Origin: Harriotta raleighana
Taxonomy: Eukaryota
NCBI GenBank assembly: GCA_050575255.1
Contig: JBNZDD010013615.1
Location: forward strand, 281,461 to 345,460
Direction: 5' to 3'
DNA: 64,000 nt
Made by a program: the position numbers and the translations under genes. The notes beneath the pieces were generated by a model. That model made no database searches, was not told the origin of the DNA, and was given only the letters and a program-made list of their open reading frames with translations. Of this stretch, positions 12,420 to 48,656 are shown one piece after another. Position 1 is the first letter of the stretch; the number at the start of each line of letters is the position of its first letter.

Positions 12420-12620
12420 ACCCACAACCACGCCCTCGGAACCGACAGACCTGACGGACCATCACTGGCGGCTGGTTATGGGGGTGACACAGGGCCTCAC
12501 TTCCGGTCGGCGGAAGGCGGGAAGGAGTCGCCTGGAGACGGAGCCGGTGTTGAGGGCGGGGAGGAGGCTCAGCTCCCCCCCCCTCCTCCTCCTCCTCCTC
12601 CTCCTCCTCACACACACACA
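12420..12620 (+). promoter_or_regulatory. CpG-rich promoter of C10orf88 with paired ETS/GABP-type sites
   Basis: ACTTCCGG (12499-12506) and CGGAAG (12511) in a GC/CpG-rich stretch just upstream of ATG 12624. Confidence 0.6.
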
Positions 12621-12623
12621 GTG

Positions 12624-15600
12624 ATGGAGCTCAGACCCCCTCCCGCCGCCGCCGCCACCATCCTCCTCAGCAGCTCGTGGCCGTGTGTCTGTGATCGGCT
12701 GGACCGGGTCCTGCAGGTGGCGGCCGCCGCTGAGGAGCCGGGATTGGGGGAGAGCGGCGGGGGCCAGGCTGAGGCTGAGGCTAAGGCCTGGGACAGGTAG
12801 GTCACCNCCTCCTCCTCACACACACACAGTGATGGAGCTCAGACCCCCTCCCGCCGCCGCCGCCACCATCCTCCTCAGCAGCTCGTGGCCGTGTGTCTGT
12901 GATCGGCTGGACCGGGTCCTGCAGGTGGCGGCCGCCGCTGAGGAGCCGGGATTGGGGGAGAGCGGCGGGGGCCAGGCTGAGGCTGAGGCTAAGGCCTGGG
13001 ACAGGTAGGTCACCTGAGGCTGGGACACGGCCACTGAGAGGGAGGGGGTGGGGAGGAGGAGAGGTGGGGGGGAGAGGAGAAGGAGGAGGGTGGGGGGGAG
13101 AGGAGAAGGAGGNAAGGCCTGGGACAGGTAGGTCACCTGAGGCTGGGACAAGGCCACTGAGAGGGAGGGGGTGGGGAGGAGGAGAGGTGGAGGGAGAGGA
13201 GGAGAGTGAGGGAGGGGCAGAGAGGATGGGAAGGAGCTGGGGAGGAAGGGGGTGAAGAGGAGGAGGGAGGTGGGGGAGGGGATCGTGGAGAGGAGGAGGG
13301 TGTGGGGGGAGAGGAGGAGGAGGAGGGTGTGGGGGGAGAGGAGGAGGAGGAGGGTGTGGGGGGAGAGGAGGAGGAGGAGGGTGGGGGGGAGAGGAGAAGG
13401 AGGAGGGTGGGGGGGAGAGGAGAAGGAGGAGGGTGGGGGGGAGAGGAGAAGGAGGAGGGTGGGGGGGAGAGGAGAAGGAGGAGGGTGGGGGGGAGAGGAG
13501 AAGGAGGAGGGTGGGGGGGGGAGGAGAAGGAGGAGGGTGGGGGGGAGAGGAGAAGGAGGAGGGTGGGGGGGAGAGGAGAATGAGGAGGGTGGGGGGGTGG
13601 GTGGGATGGGGAATCCCACCTCCCCCCAGTGAAGGTCTCTCTAGTTCCTGTGTCTGAGCCAGAGCTGCCCCCCCTGTGTCCCAGGGCAACTCATTGCTGA
13701 TGGCAGCCGAGTCCAGCCCATCGGCAGGACCTGGAAAGGCAGACTGCGGGCAGGGAATCCTCCCACTCCGTCCCTGTTAACCCCGCAGCCAAAGTCCTGA
13801 TTATTGGGGGGGGGGGATACACGGACAAGCNGAGGAGGAGGGTGGGGGGGAGAGGAGGAGGGTGGGGGGGATGGGGAATCCCACCTCCCCCCAGTGAAGG
13901 TCTCTCTAGTTCCTGTGTCTGAGCCAGAGCTGCCCCCCCTGTGTCCCAGGGCAACTCATTGCTGATGGCAGCCGAGTCCAGCCCATCGGCAGGACCTGGA
14001 AAGGCAGACTGCGGGCAGGGAATCCTCCCACTCCGTCCCTGTTAACCCCGCAGCCAAAGTCCTGATTATTGGGGGGGGGGGATACACGGACAAGCAGCGG
14101 GAAAGAAATACCAGTGGGTAAAGCTTAGTGAGTTTAGCTGGTTAGACTCCAGCGGTCACCCCCCCAACACACACTCTCGGGTCCCCAAGCCTTGGCTCTT
14201 GCCAACTTGCGTCCAATACTTTATGGTGATAGATAAGCAGGATACGTCCCTCCAGGGAGAGAGTGCACATACCATTACAACCATCTCATCTGGAATTTCC
14301 ATGAGTCGGTGGGGTGCATGCAACTACAACAACAACTTGGATTTATCTAGCGTCCTCCACCCCAGACAGCACCTCAGAGCGCTTCACAAAGCAGAGTCTG
14401 GGTCCGAGCCAAGGGGAGGGGGAAAGAGGTCGACCTTCTCAGCTTGATTTGGTTAGTTTTAAGCACTTGTCCGCACGTGTCAGACACCTACCTGGCTGAC
14501 CAAAGAAAAAGAGTCTGAGAAACTTTGAAATTCCAGGAAGATCTGTTTGACTCCACTTTTAAGGTGGATAAAATGAGCATTAGGTTGGGGGAGGGGGAAG
14601 AGAAGAATGAAAGAAACATATTTGTTGAAATGTGCAATACAGTATATCGCTCAAGGAATTAGAAAAATGCACGACCTTGTTATTTTCTGTAACTTTTAGT
14701 AGTTTTTATAACAATCCAGAAAACAGTGAAAATGTGATTAACTAGTTCTTGACTTAATGTTCGTGGAGTTGGCTTATTGTTTACTGTTTGTTATGCAGTT
14801 CAGAACTAGTCACTTTGGAACACGCTCAAGACAGCAGTGTGGGAAATGCATGTATGCTACATCTGCAGTGTTCTCCTCAACAACAAGTGGACATAGTGTT
14901 CCTAGAGTTGGTGAGTGAAGCAAAAACAATGGAGGTATACACAGAAGAAGAGTATTGTGGAACAGCTCAAGGACAGAGAGTAGATAATCTACAAATATAC
15001 AGGTAATGTTATTTTGATTTACACTGTGTTCCAAATTGGGCGAGATGTCTTATTAATTACAACAACAACTTTGATTTATATCGCCCTGCATGCCGGACGG
15101 TGTCTCAGAGCGCTTCACAACAACGGATCCCGGGACAGGGGCAGAGGCAGGGGTAGAAAGGTGACCAAAGGCACGGTCGAAGAGAAAAATTACAATTAGG
15201 AAGATCAGACAACAAAATACTTTTGGAGAAATCTAGCATAAAATAATGCACTCTCCAGTGACCATTGGAAAGTTACTTTCTTACATGAGATGAAGACACT
15301 ATTATAGAAACAGAAAGTATTAATCCTTGTTGGAAAATAAAAAAAATTTCCATTGTAAATACAGTAAAAGCCCGTTTATCCGGCACCCGCGGATGCCTGC
15401 CCGATGCCGGTTAAACGGCCGACGCCGAAAACCCAACACAAAACAAATTAACTTATTTTAACATATACCATATTAATAATAGACTAAATACACTAAGAAC
15501 AGATACTGTAATACAGAATATTGAATTAGTACTTTATTACTTATACTTAACTTCTGCAATGGCGGCCGCCATAGAAGGAAAAAAAACGGCAGCGCGACTT

Positions 15601-18600
15601 TCGGGCTCTTCTAGCAGCAATCCGACATGACATACCTGTTCAGTACTCTTGTGCGACAATCGAGTTCATTAAATGTGCCACCGCTATTCTTCCGGATAAC
15701 TTCCGGTTAATCGGGTGGGGATTTTTTTTGGACACGTCAGATATATGGAAGTTCCGGTTCATCGAGGCACGGTTTAACATATTCTAAACTAATATGTTTT
15801 CTATAGTTTGGATGAAAGTTTAAATTTGCAGTGGTTTTTAATGGACATTAAAACCTATTAATCTTTCATCTCGCAAAGACCACTTAATAATAATAATAAT
15901 CCTTGCATTTGATTTAGCCCTTTTCACATCTTCTAGCAGCTTCAAAGCGCTTCACAGAAAATACTGTGAAGTAAATTGACTGTATATTTGTGGACAAACG
16001 CGGCAGCCAATTGCGCTCAGCAGTGTCCCACAAACAGTTGTGGATTGAAATACCCAATTCTTTTTTTTTCCGATGGATTATTATTAGGCGTGTGGAGAAA
16101 GGAAACTTGCCCATGTTTTTGCCCTGTCTGGAATCGAACCCAGGTCTCGCTTGCAAGGCTCTAACCACTGAGCTGCAGGACTCCACTTTTTTGACACCAA
16201 TTCCTGCAGTAGAATTGCTGTCATTTTAATATGTTTAATGAAAAGCTGTGTGTTTAAATGGTAAATATTTTCTCTTTTCAAATATTTCAGTGCTGATGAT
16301 GGTATCCTATTGTATAAGAAACATTTCAAGTTGGATTATCCAGTCTCATCTTGCGAATTAAAGGTGAGCTGGTAAGAGGGCTTGAGTATTTTTCTTAATG
16401 ATTAGGTTTTCTTTTGAGAAAACTCAAATGTTTTGTGCTTCTCTCCAGCTCCTGTCATTGGGTGGAAAGGAGAAAGTACGAATTGGTAAAATATTACTGG
16501 GGGTGAAGCCAGCTTTAGTAAAGATCTCAAGGGACTTTCCTCCGTTAGGAAAGACTATCAATTTGGATCGAGTGCAAACAATGATGGATTCAATGGGAAC
16601 AAAACTGTCACCTGGGGCTCAGCACCTCATGAACATGGTCCAGTTCCAGCAGAAGGTAAATTGTATGGTTTGTTCTTGTAAGTTTTGCATCATTATTTGT
16701 GCTGATTTTGAATCATTAATAACAATTATTAAAACCTTGGTTTGTTGAATTTTCACTCTCCTTTTTTCTCTCTCTCTCTCTCAGCAGAACCAGATAGCAA
16801 TTGGAGGGTTATTTCAGGGCATTTTTGGAGGTGGTAGAGCCTTAACACCAGTTGGAAATGTAACGAATTCACTTCAAATGACAGATGCATTTACTGATCG
16901 TGTGACACCTTCCCATGTCTCCGGCAAAACAAACTCTGTGTCAGTACCAAAAAGCGAACAACCAAAGGAACCTAAAGGGATAGTAACATGTGACAATGAA
17001 CCTATTGAAATATATGAGGGAAGTTCTCCGTCTTCCGAAACAAATAGCATTAATGAAACATCCTGTGCTTCTGAAGACGGTGTGAAACATACAGAACCAA
17101 TGTTGAACGGAGGAGACCTGAAAGGACTGGTGTCTACCTTTCTATGCAAACAAGTAAATGGGCAGCAAAATGCTTTCAGTTCCGAAATGCTTCCTTTTCT
17201 TCAGAACCTTTGCGGCCAGGTGAATGAGCTTCGCCTTGGAGAGAGAGTCAAACGTACCAAAAATACCCCCCCAACAGCAGAGAACGAGGGAATGTCTGAC
17301 AGGTATGACGTTCAGCGTTTTGCGGACGTGGGTTTTCATTGTAAAGTTGATTGAACTGCACTGTCATAAAAAAAGAAGGCTCAAAGTTTGTGAAAGATTA
17401 GATCAGTGTCATTTTCACTTTGTTTGGTAGTTCCTATACTTGCACTATGGAATCCCAATCCTCGCCACCCCACTCTCAGGTCCTGATTCCCGACTGTTTA
17501 GAGCCTTGGGACGTCTTCCCGACATGAAAAACACTTTACAAATGTAAGTTTGTTGTTGTGTTGTATGTCGTGTTGAGCAGGGGAGCTCATTCTCTGAACC
17601 ATGAACACCAATTGTGAACTAAATTGTCCAGGAAGTGTTCCATAAAACGTAAGAGTTGACTTGTGGTTTATGCCTCCAGGAAGCAACGGCTCCAACAGTA
17701 TTCTTTTGTTTTTGACGTTCATTATTCATGTAGCCTTCAGTTAATTTAATGATGAGGTGACATCAATTGTATTGTGAAATTCATGAAACAATAGGAAATG
17801 AATATTTGAACTGTAGCTAAGAAACACTGAAGGTGGGTGCCAACATTTTTATCACAGAATCAAATGGCTACAGTTTTCACTTTGGTGGAAAATCCAAAAT
17901 GAGAGGAAGGTAGATCTAAATAGGGAGTTTTAAGAGGAACTTCACACAGTGGTGAGATTGTGGAACATTGCAGGAAGCAAAAAACACTGATCTATTTTAA
18001 GAAAAATGTAGGCATACCTGAGGAACAAGGACATAGAGGGCTTTAAATAGGGGGGAGTAGGATGGGTGGGGCCTTGTGTGCTGAAATCAACCTATCTTTG
18101 TATCTGAATTTTTATTTTATTTATTTATCTGAATTGAACATAGCATTGGAAAGATTACACCATTTAAGATGAAAATAATATGTACAGTTGTATGAATGTT
18201 TACTAAATGGCAGCACCATGTTATGTAACCTTGTGCTATAAGCGCCACTGCACACTGACACACACATTTATGTGATAACACTGAGAATGTGGCACTTTAC
18301 AGCTCAGGGTGAAACTTTGGGCAAGTTTCCTTACTCCACACACCTGATAATAATCCCTCATAAATAAAAATAATAAAAGTCATTTCATTCCATGACTGTT
18401 TGTGGAACATGGCTGTGTGTAAATATACAGTCAATTCAATTTACAGTATATTCTGTGAAGCTCCTTGAGACATCTAGAAGATGTGAAAAGCACTATATCA
18501 AATACAAGGATTAGTATTAGTGTGCCTGAAAGAAACATTACATTTCAAATTACTGTTTATTATTAAGGTATATTTTCCGTGAAATATTATCCCACAGTTT

Positions 18601-18968
18601 TGCTCTTTAGTTATTTAATTATTTTAATAACTATGATCTATTGTATACATTTTGTGGACATGATAGCTTAATTTTAATGCTTTGAAAATTTACATTTTAA
18701 GTGTTTGATTCCGTAAATTAATATTGTTGCATTTCTTCACAGGCAAAATCAGCAGCTTTTTTGTTCAGCGTTGGAAAAACAGATTATTGAACACATGGAG
18801 TCTATGGAAAAGAGACTGAAGGATTATATAGATCATCGAATAAATACAATGCAAGCAGATCTTGATGCAAAGTTTGTTTCACTTACAAACCTGCTCCAGA
18901 ACACTACTCTGAAGAGAACTGCAAAAAACTATGAACTGGTTAATAATTTAACAAATGGTGAAGTTTAG
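12624..18968 (+). CDS. C10orf88: C10orf88 / ATPase PAAT homolog, 6 exons, ~465 aa
   Basis: Exons 12624-12796 (duplicated at 12832-13004), 14799-15002, 16291-16363, 16449-16655, 16785/16788-17302, 18743-18968 join in frame. Motifs SSW, MEVY..EEYCGT..G, LYKK..KL, LDRVQTMMDSMGTKLSPGAQHLM, LPFLQNLCGQVN, MEKRLKDYID, terminal NGE match recalled human C10orf88. Synteny with PSTK and IKZF5. Confidence 0.92.
12832..13004 (+). CDS. C10orf88: C10orf88 exon 1 (second assembled copy)
   Basis: MELRPPPAAAATILLSSSWPC...WD ag|gtagg. Confidence 0.75.
13040..13610. repeat. Polypurine G-rich minisatellite in C10orf88 intron 1
   Basis: Tandem ~26-nt unit GGGGGGGAGAGGAGAAGGAGGAGGGT and variants. Confidence 0.9.
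14799..15002 (+). CDS. C10orf88: C10orf88 exon 2
   Basis: SEAKTMEVYTEEEYCGTAQG. Confidence 0.9.
15362..15778 (+). mobile_element. Same MITE family, right TIR eroded
   Basis: TA|CAGTAAAAGCCCGTTTATCCGGCACCCG; internal match to the 55700 copy. Confidence 0.78.
15887..16186 (-). mobile_element. SINE, same family
   Basis: Reverse-complement match. Confidence 0.85.
16291..16363 (+). CDS. C10orf88: C10orf88 exon 3
   Basis: GILLYKKHFKLDYPVSSCELK|gtgag. Confidence 0.85.
16449..16655 (+). CDS. C10orf88: C10orf88 exon 4
   Basis: LLSLGGKE...LSPGAQHLMNMVQFQQK|gtaaa. Confidence 0.9.
16788..17302 (+). CDS. C10orf88: C10orf88 exon 5
   Basis: NAGNAG acceptor; LPFLQNLCGQVNEL. Confidence 0.88.
18303..18520 (+). 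mobile_element. SINE, same family, partial
   Basis: Body and tail match. Confidence 0.75.
18743..18968 (+). CDS. C10orf88: C10orf88 exon 6 (terminal)
   Basis: CSALEKQI..MESMEKRLKDYIDHRI...LTNGEV*. Confidence 0.9.
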
Positions 18969-20612
18969 CTTGTTCTTTTCTACATTGCGAATAGAGTGAC
19001 TGAAACTAGTTGGTTTCAACTGTATATGCGGTATCTATCTAATACATTATAAATCAAACACCACTGAAGAAAACAAAATGTGGTGTAATAGTTATAATTT
19101 ATTGCTTGTAACTCATTATTTTTGTAATTAAGTTGTATTTTTCTGCCTCAATTTGTTTAATATACAATGTATTTTGTAACCATTAAAGTGCTGGAATCTA
19201 CATAACATTGTAATTTTTGAGGGACAATTTAACAGCTGTTGGTATTTTCTGATATTCCACAAATGGGTACATTAAAATTCCTTCCTTGGGTATTCTGGAT
19301 TAAAATGTAAAAGTCAAAATGTCTTGCCGTATTTTTCAAAAGTACACACAAAAAACTTTAAAAAAACAACAAAAAACTATTGTCTGTGGACCTGTCTATT
19401 TGGTTAATTGTTAGAATACTGGTTAGTAGTTGGAGTAACTAAAACTTGGAAATCTACACCCTGTTTACAGTCAGTATATATTGTCTGCACCAGTGTAATT
19501 GTATAGCTCAACTGGATGTGGTTTGAAAACCTCATCTGTACAGAACTCTGCAATAGCGCTGAAACACTGACGTTCCAAACAGAAACTATAATTATGGAAA
19601 ATTATTTGCGGCCATTATCTGCTTTTCTGGCCTCCTCCACCCAATGGTTTTATTTGGATACGCTGCCAACAACAAACTTACATTTCTAGCAAATGTTAAG
19701 TATGTGCACACAAGGCATAATTCCATTTATTACAGGAACTCGCGATGGAATTCAACTCACTTCAAGTGGTTATTTAGTGAGCACTTCCACAATTATGCTG
19801 TCAGAAACTGAGGAGCTGGTAGTGTGAATTTGGTAAACGTGAACCAAATATGATAAGTCATCCTGCAGAATTGGTTACTTTTAGTAAGTTAATACACTTT
19901 AAAGTGTTGTTTAACTTACATGTTTTTATTGGTAACTACATTTACAAGGGTAATCTGTCTGTTACAAGTCATCTGAACTGCATAGAACTGCAATATGATT
20001 GTATTTAGTTTGTAGAAGCCAACAAAAGGGATTCAGTGTATTGTATGAAAGTGTGTCAATTTGAGTGGAATATTTTTGTCTTAAGTTATTTATGATCTTT
20101 GTTCATTGTTTATATAATTTTGTTCTGGTTAAGATGGAGATGTACAACATTATTTAAGGGTCTGATTCATTGGATATGTAATATGAATGGCAAACTTTAA
20201 ATGCTAAAATACAAGCCAATGAACTTAGCAAATGAACACCCACTGCATTGTGGATTGATATGTGATTATATTGCGAGAGGTTTGAATATTATACTGTGAG
20301 GGATTTCATTCTTCCATTTTTTTCCCAATATAATTTATTGAAAAGATTTATTAAAGCAGTATTGATTGCTTTAAATGTCCAGGTGTCTTCTGTTCTACTG
20401 GTTGTCTGATAAAAATGATTAGCTCATAATATAACTTGCATTTGATACCATCTGTATTGTCAATATCTAAAAGCACTAAAGGGAATTACCATGAAGTGTT
20501 TATAGGCGACAATGACTGCCATTCTATGCTCATGAAACCCCATAAACAATCTTTGTATTTGATGTTGCACCTTTCAGGTTTGGGAGAACATTTTGGAATT
20601 TGAAATTATAAT

Positions 20613-20940
20613 ATAGTAAAACCTCGTTTATCCGTGATCTGATCAACCGGATTGCTCAACCCCCTCCTGGGGCAATTCCCCATTCCAGCAATCGGAAGTT
20701 TGCTCACTTTGCGCACTTATTAGACTTACGAACTTGGGTTTTTTACCGATTGGTAAAAATGCTGTTTTACCGATCTTTTTACCGACTGCTGGAATACTTT
20801 ATTGGTAAGTATCTGTACAATATTCTGTTACTATTTAGTATATAGTACTAATGTAATATGGTATATTATTAACAGTATGTTTTAGAATAAATACATTTTT
20901 TATGTTGGGTTTTCGGTAACTTGCCCCCCATTTATCCGAC
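20613..20940 (-). mobile_element. Same MITE family, partial
   Basis: AGTAAAACCTCGTTTATCCG terminus; internal TTGGGTTTTCGG match. Confidence 0.6.
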
Positions 20941-20956
20941 ACAGTCAATTCGTTGA

Positions 20957-20960
20957 CCCC

Positions 20961-21049
<89 letters not shown>
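20957..21049. repeat. Poly-C run ending at an N
   Basis: ~90 C next to a contig join; length unreliable. Confidence 0.8.
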
Positions 21050-21726
21050 NTTTTACTGTACTCAGAATCATTGCATTTGATACAGCGCTTTTCACATCTT
21101 CTAGACATCTCAAAGCGCTTCACAGAATATACTGTAAAGTGAATTGTTTGTATATGTGGGTGAAACCACTGAGCCACAGAACTCCAAAATAGATTGTTAT
21201 TATTTACTGTAAAGTGTAGAGATTGTTGTGTTGGCAAATGTGGCAGCCAATTTCCATTTGGCAACGTCCCCCAAACTGCCTGGAACTGATCAATTTTATT
21301 TGGGGAGTTTCTTGGATGAGACCTATGGAGAGAAACTCTAAAATCCAACTGAACAGACAAGACCTTGGCTTAATATATGTAATATAGTTGCAGCGTTACT
21401 GTATTGGAGTGTCTGCCTGACAAACTTAACGTTTACCTGAACTGGCTGTTTCAATGTCTCATCCGAGGGATGTCTTCAGTGGGATGAATCACTTCCCCCA
21501 TCACTGCTCTAGAAGCAAGAGAGTGAGCTCAAAGTCATAAGGGTTCAAACCCATATCCTTTATCTGCAGAGGTTTACATGTTATCAACTGAATAAAGCTC
21601 TACTGATGTTTTGTACAGTAATAGCAAATGAGTATTCATGTCACTGAAGTGACATGACATGAATAACCTGTTGGGCAAGTGTTTCACTTTGCTGATGAAT
21701 TATTCACACAAACCCTGTTAGAATAT

Positions 21727-22012
21727 AATAATAATAATCCCTACATTTTGATATAGCGCTTTTCACATCTTATCAACGTCTCAAAGCGCTTCATAGAATA
21801 TACTGTGAAGTGAATTGACTATATTTGCACACAGCCGCGTCCCACAAAGAATCATGGATTGAAATGACCAATTTTTATTATGTGTTTTTTTTGGGACGGA
21901 TTATTATTAGACATGTGGAGTAAGGAAATTTGTCCACAGTTTCGCCCTGATCGGCCTGGATTCGAACTCAGGTCTCATGCTTGTAAGTCAAGTGTTCTAA
22001 CCACTGAGTTAC
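21727..22012 (-). mobile_element. SINE, same family
   Basis: Reverse-complement match. Confidence 0.82.
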
Positions 22013-22635
22013 AGAATACATGAATAGTTTATTTTGGACACTCTTGACCATAGTGATGGATTTCCGCATGTATCAGACTCCTGCCTGACCTAAAAATATA
22101 AGGTTGTTGCCATCATCCAGTATTTACAAAAATATGAAGGATCTGGACAATATAGAAGAGGTATAAAATAGGAAGTAAAGCATTTTATTAAATCCCAAAT
22201 CGATAGGATTAATCCGTCGATTAATCCTTCACAGGAGTTTATGTTTGCGTGTTACTTGATGTTAGGTAGGGGGAACAATATTATGCTGGTGTTTAATTTT
22301 CATTCACTTCTGACACTTAGGGTGTGTGTGTGGGGTGGTTGGTGGGGCGGGGAGAGAGTTGCTAGTTGGGGGAAGGATTTCCATTAGGTTCCAACCCAAT
22401 TGTCATCTGATCAGTCGATATGTAGAAGGGATTTTATTTTGATCTACAGCTGTTAGCATTCACTAAAAGAACAGGTTTTTCCAGTTTACCTGAATACCTC
22501 CCCTGGAAGTCAAAGTGAGTTCTCACTCACTTACGCGTCACTGATTTACTCACACAGTGAGGTCTGGGAGAATTGAACAGTCTTTGTGTTCAGCCCTACC
22601 GTTGAGAGAACTCACTGGGACCTTCCTAACTACAG

Positions 22636-45866
<23,231 letters not shown>

Positions 45867-48239
45867 ATTCCACCCGCAGTAACTGCTGAACACAAACTGT
45901 GCCTTGTCTGTCTCCAGTGACGTGTCTGATCCAATATATACCTCAGTGAAGCAAACAAAAGTCACTATTGCTTCCAACCGAATACTTTATTGAGAGTTAT
46001 TTCAGTGAAGAGGTGGCTGTTAATTTTAAAAAAATCTGTTTTATTTTAATCTCCACTGGTGGTGGAGTGAGCACTTGCACTTTAAGTGACTACTGTATGT
46101 CTCAGGCATGTTGTTTTATATAGAGCAAGGAGAAAGCACAAGTTTCCAGCGTAATAGTTGTCCGAGTGCTTATGAGGCCCAACTGTTTTGTTGACTTGCT
46201 GATCATTTACTATTGGCTTTAGTGTGTATGGGTGTTTGAGAGAAATTGCTTAAAAACCTTAAACATGAATGTCTCCTCATTGAAGGATTGGTAGTGTATG
46301 TACAAAAGAATCAATGAGGAGTAAGTCAATGGGTGGGAATGTGCCTAATGGGCTTATGCTTAACCTAGGCAGACAAGATCAGTTGAGTTTCTCTGATGAA
46401 AATGTACATTTGGATAATGATGATGATGGCGTGTGCTTTTAGTGAATTTTTAAGCACACTTCAGTGGGTTTCATCAGCGTCACTAGATAGTCAATAAACA
46501 TTAACCAACATTAACAAATTTTAAAATTCAATGATAGTGCTCAAAGCCATTATCAAGACTATTTGAAAAATCTGATGAGTAATGATTCTCTAGTCCCAAA
46601 CATACTGTTCCATTGAAACCAAATTAAACATTAAAATAGCTGTTCTGTCCTATACATTTAAGTTGTCCAGTCAGTGTGAATTTCTTGCATAATATGCATT
46701 AAATTGGAATACACTTGCATAAGATATGCTGTAGTTTAAACTTTGAGAAGGAGAGATATTGTAAGAGTCGATTTATGTTCGTGACCCTGCTGTGAAGTAA
46801 GGACTGATACAAATGTTGTACAATCAATATGCAATGTTTATTAATTCAGGTTAGTAATAGTTATAAGTAATTAAAAGCATTTATCACAACAATGCTTACG
46901 TTTCGACAAATAGTTCACAATGATTTAAATTGACCAAACCAAATGTTGTGGGAGAGATAGAGGAACAAGGTCCAATTTAATGTCCGAATTAATCCAAATA
47001 TAAGTCCATCAAATGGTATCCAAGTATTGTTGTACGATTTCCAGTTCGATATCCGAAAGTATCCAAGTATTATTGTGCTATTTCCAGTTCGATGCCACTG
47101 TACTTGTAGAGTTGCTCCACTTATATTCTTATCTTCTCGTCTTCCGAAGCTGAGAAATGGGTTTGCGACTCCCAAGTTCCAATTCCTCCTCTTTCTTCCT
47201 CGATTTCTCCTTTCTCTCTTCCCTTCTTCCTTGTATCGATCTCTCTTTATTCCGTTCATTAGGTGACCTTTCACCCATTGTCCTTTGCAAGATGGTTCCT
47301 CTGCAAAAACAAACACAACACAGCTCCCTCTCCAGCTGCAGACCCTATCTCCATGAGAAGATCGCTGATATAAACTGAAAACACTTTGCTGTTTATGCAC
47401 AATCCCATGTCTCCTCTACCTGGCTAGTCACAACCAAGTCTTACCAGGTGCAATTGGTGACATATGTCTCAAATCACCAATATAACTTGAGGTATTAATT
47501 AATAAATTAATTACAGAATCCTACAATATCATTATATTTAACCTGAACTTTTTAAAAAAAAATTATCACATAGATTGGATTTTAGTGTATTCTTTAATGG
47601 ACTCTTATCCTAATAAATCATATCTATTTTATGACTTCTATTGCTGCTAATCAGGATTGCTGTGAAGGTAAAAGTGTTTTTGTTCACTGGAATGTGAGAA
47701 TTGAAGAAATGAATCAAACAATGAAGGAAAATGCATACAGATATAGGCACGTTTATATAAAGTGTATTATATTTAGCAATTGGTAGTTTAATGTTGGAAG
47801 TTCACATATAAACTTTTGCTATTAGAAAATAAAAAGGCATTCCAGATTGAAACGCTCCTAAGTAAAGCACTTTTGCTCCGAGAAGGAAATGAACACATAT
47901 AATTATACTGACAATAATCAATAAACAATGTTAGCAAGTCAATGTTTGTGGGAGAATCCATGTCCTTTTATAAGGTGGGTTTGTTGCATCTGATCTGATT
48001 TGGGGGCTGATCAAATATAATCTTTTGTTTTACTTCTGTCTATTTCGAGGGGATCTCGCTCTTATTTCACTGAAACACAATTCGCTGCATTGCAGTTAGC
48101 TTCCCGTTGGTGACTCTAGAGCTACCATTGTACAGTATTTAGAAAATATGTCTTGACTTACATTCACAATACATAAGAATTACGCAGAACTTTGCTGCAT
48201 GGAAACAAGTGGTTTGGTCCACATACATATATACATACA

Positions 48240-48630
48240 CACAACAACTATAACAAACTTATATTTATACAGTGCTTTTCATGTCAGGAGGACGTCCCCA
48301 GGCACTGGACAGTCAGTGTTTCAGACTCAAGCTGGGGTCGTGGACGGGGAGGGTGGAGGGAAAGGGGGGGATCTGGGGTGAGACTGATGGGATGGTTGGA
48401 GAGGGTCTTGAGGCAGGACTTGACGGAGGTCAGGGAGGGGGCGAGGCGGAGGGACTGAGGGATGGAATTCCAGAGTGGGGGAGCCGAGTGGCTGAAGGCT
48501 CGCCCGCCAATAGTGGGGCGGGTGGGTCGCGGGACGTGGAGCAGGCTGGAGCCCCCTGAGCGGACGGAGCGGGCAGGTTGGTATGGGTTTAGGAGGTCGC
48601 AGAGGTAGGGTGGGGCGAGGCTGTGGAGGG
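48240..48630 (-). mobile_element. L2-type LINE 3' fragment
   Basis: LAPPYLCDLL..Y.PAR..RS..IGGRAFSHSAPPLWNSIPQSLR..KSCLKT on -. Confidence 0.8.
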
Positions 48631-48656
48631 TAAATATACATATATACATATACATA

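Noticed and set aside
12607-13015. Tandem duplicated C10orf88 exon 1 as alternative first exons
   Set aside because: Identical copies joined by a single N at 12807, the same pattern as other contig-overlap artefacts
12802-13689. Long Pro-rich and Gly/Glu-rich ORFs
   Set aside because: Translations of a stop-free G/A minisatellite, open in several frames on both strands
20835-21360. Poly-Gly and poly-Pro ORFs
   Set aside because: Produced by a poly-C run at a contig end
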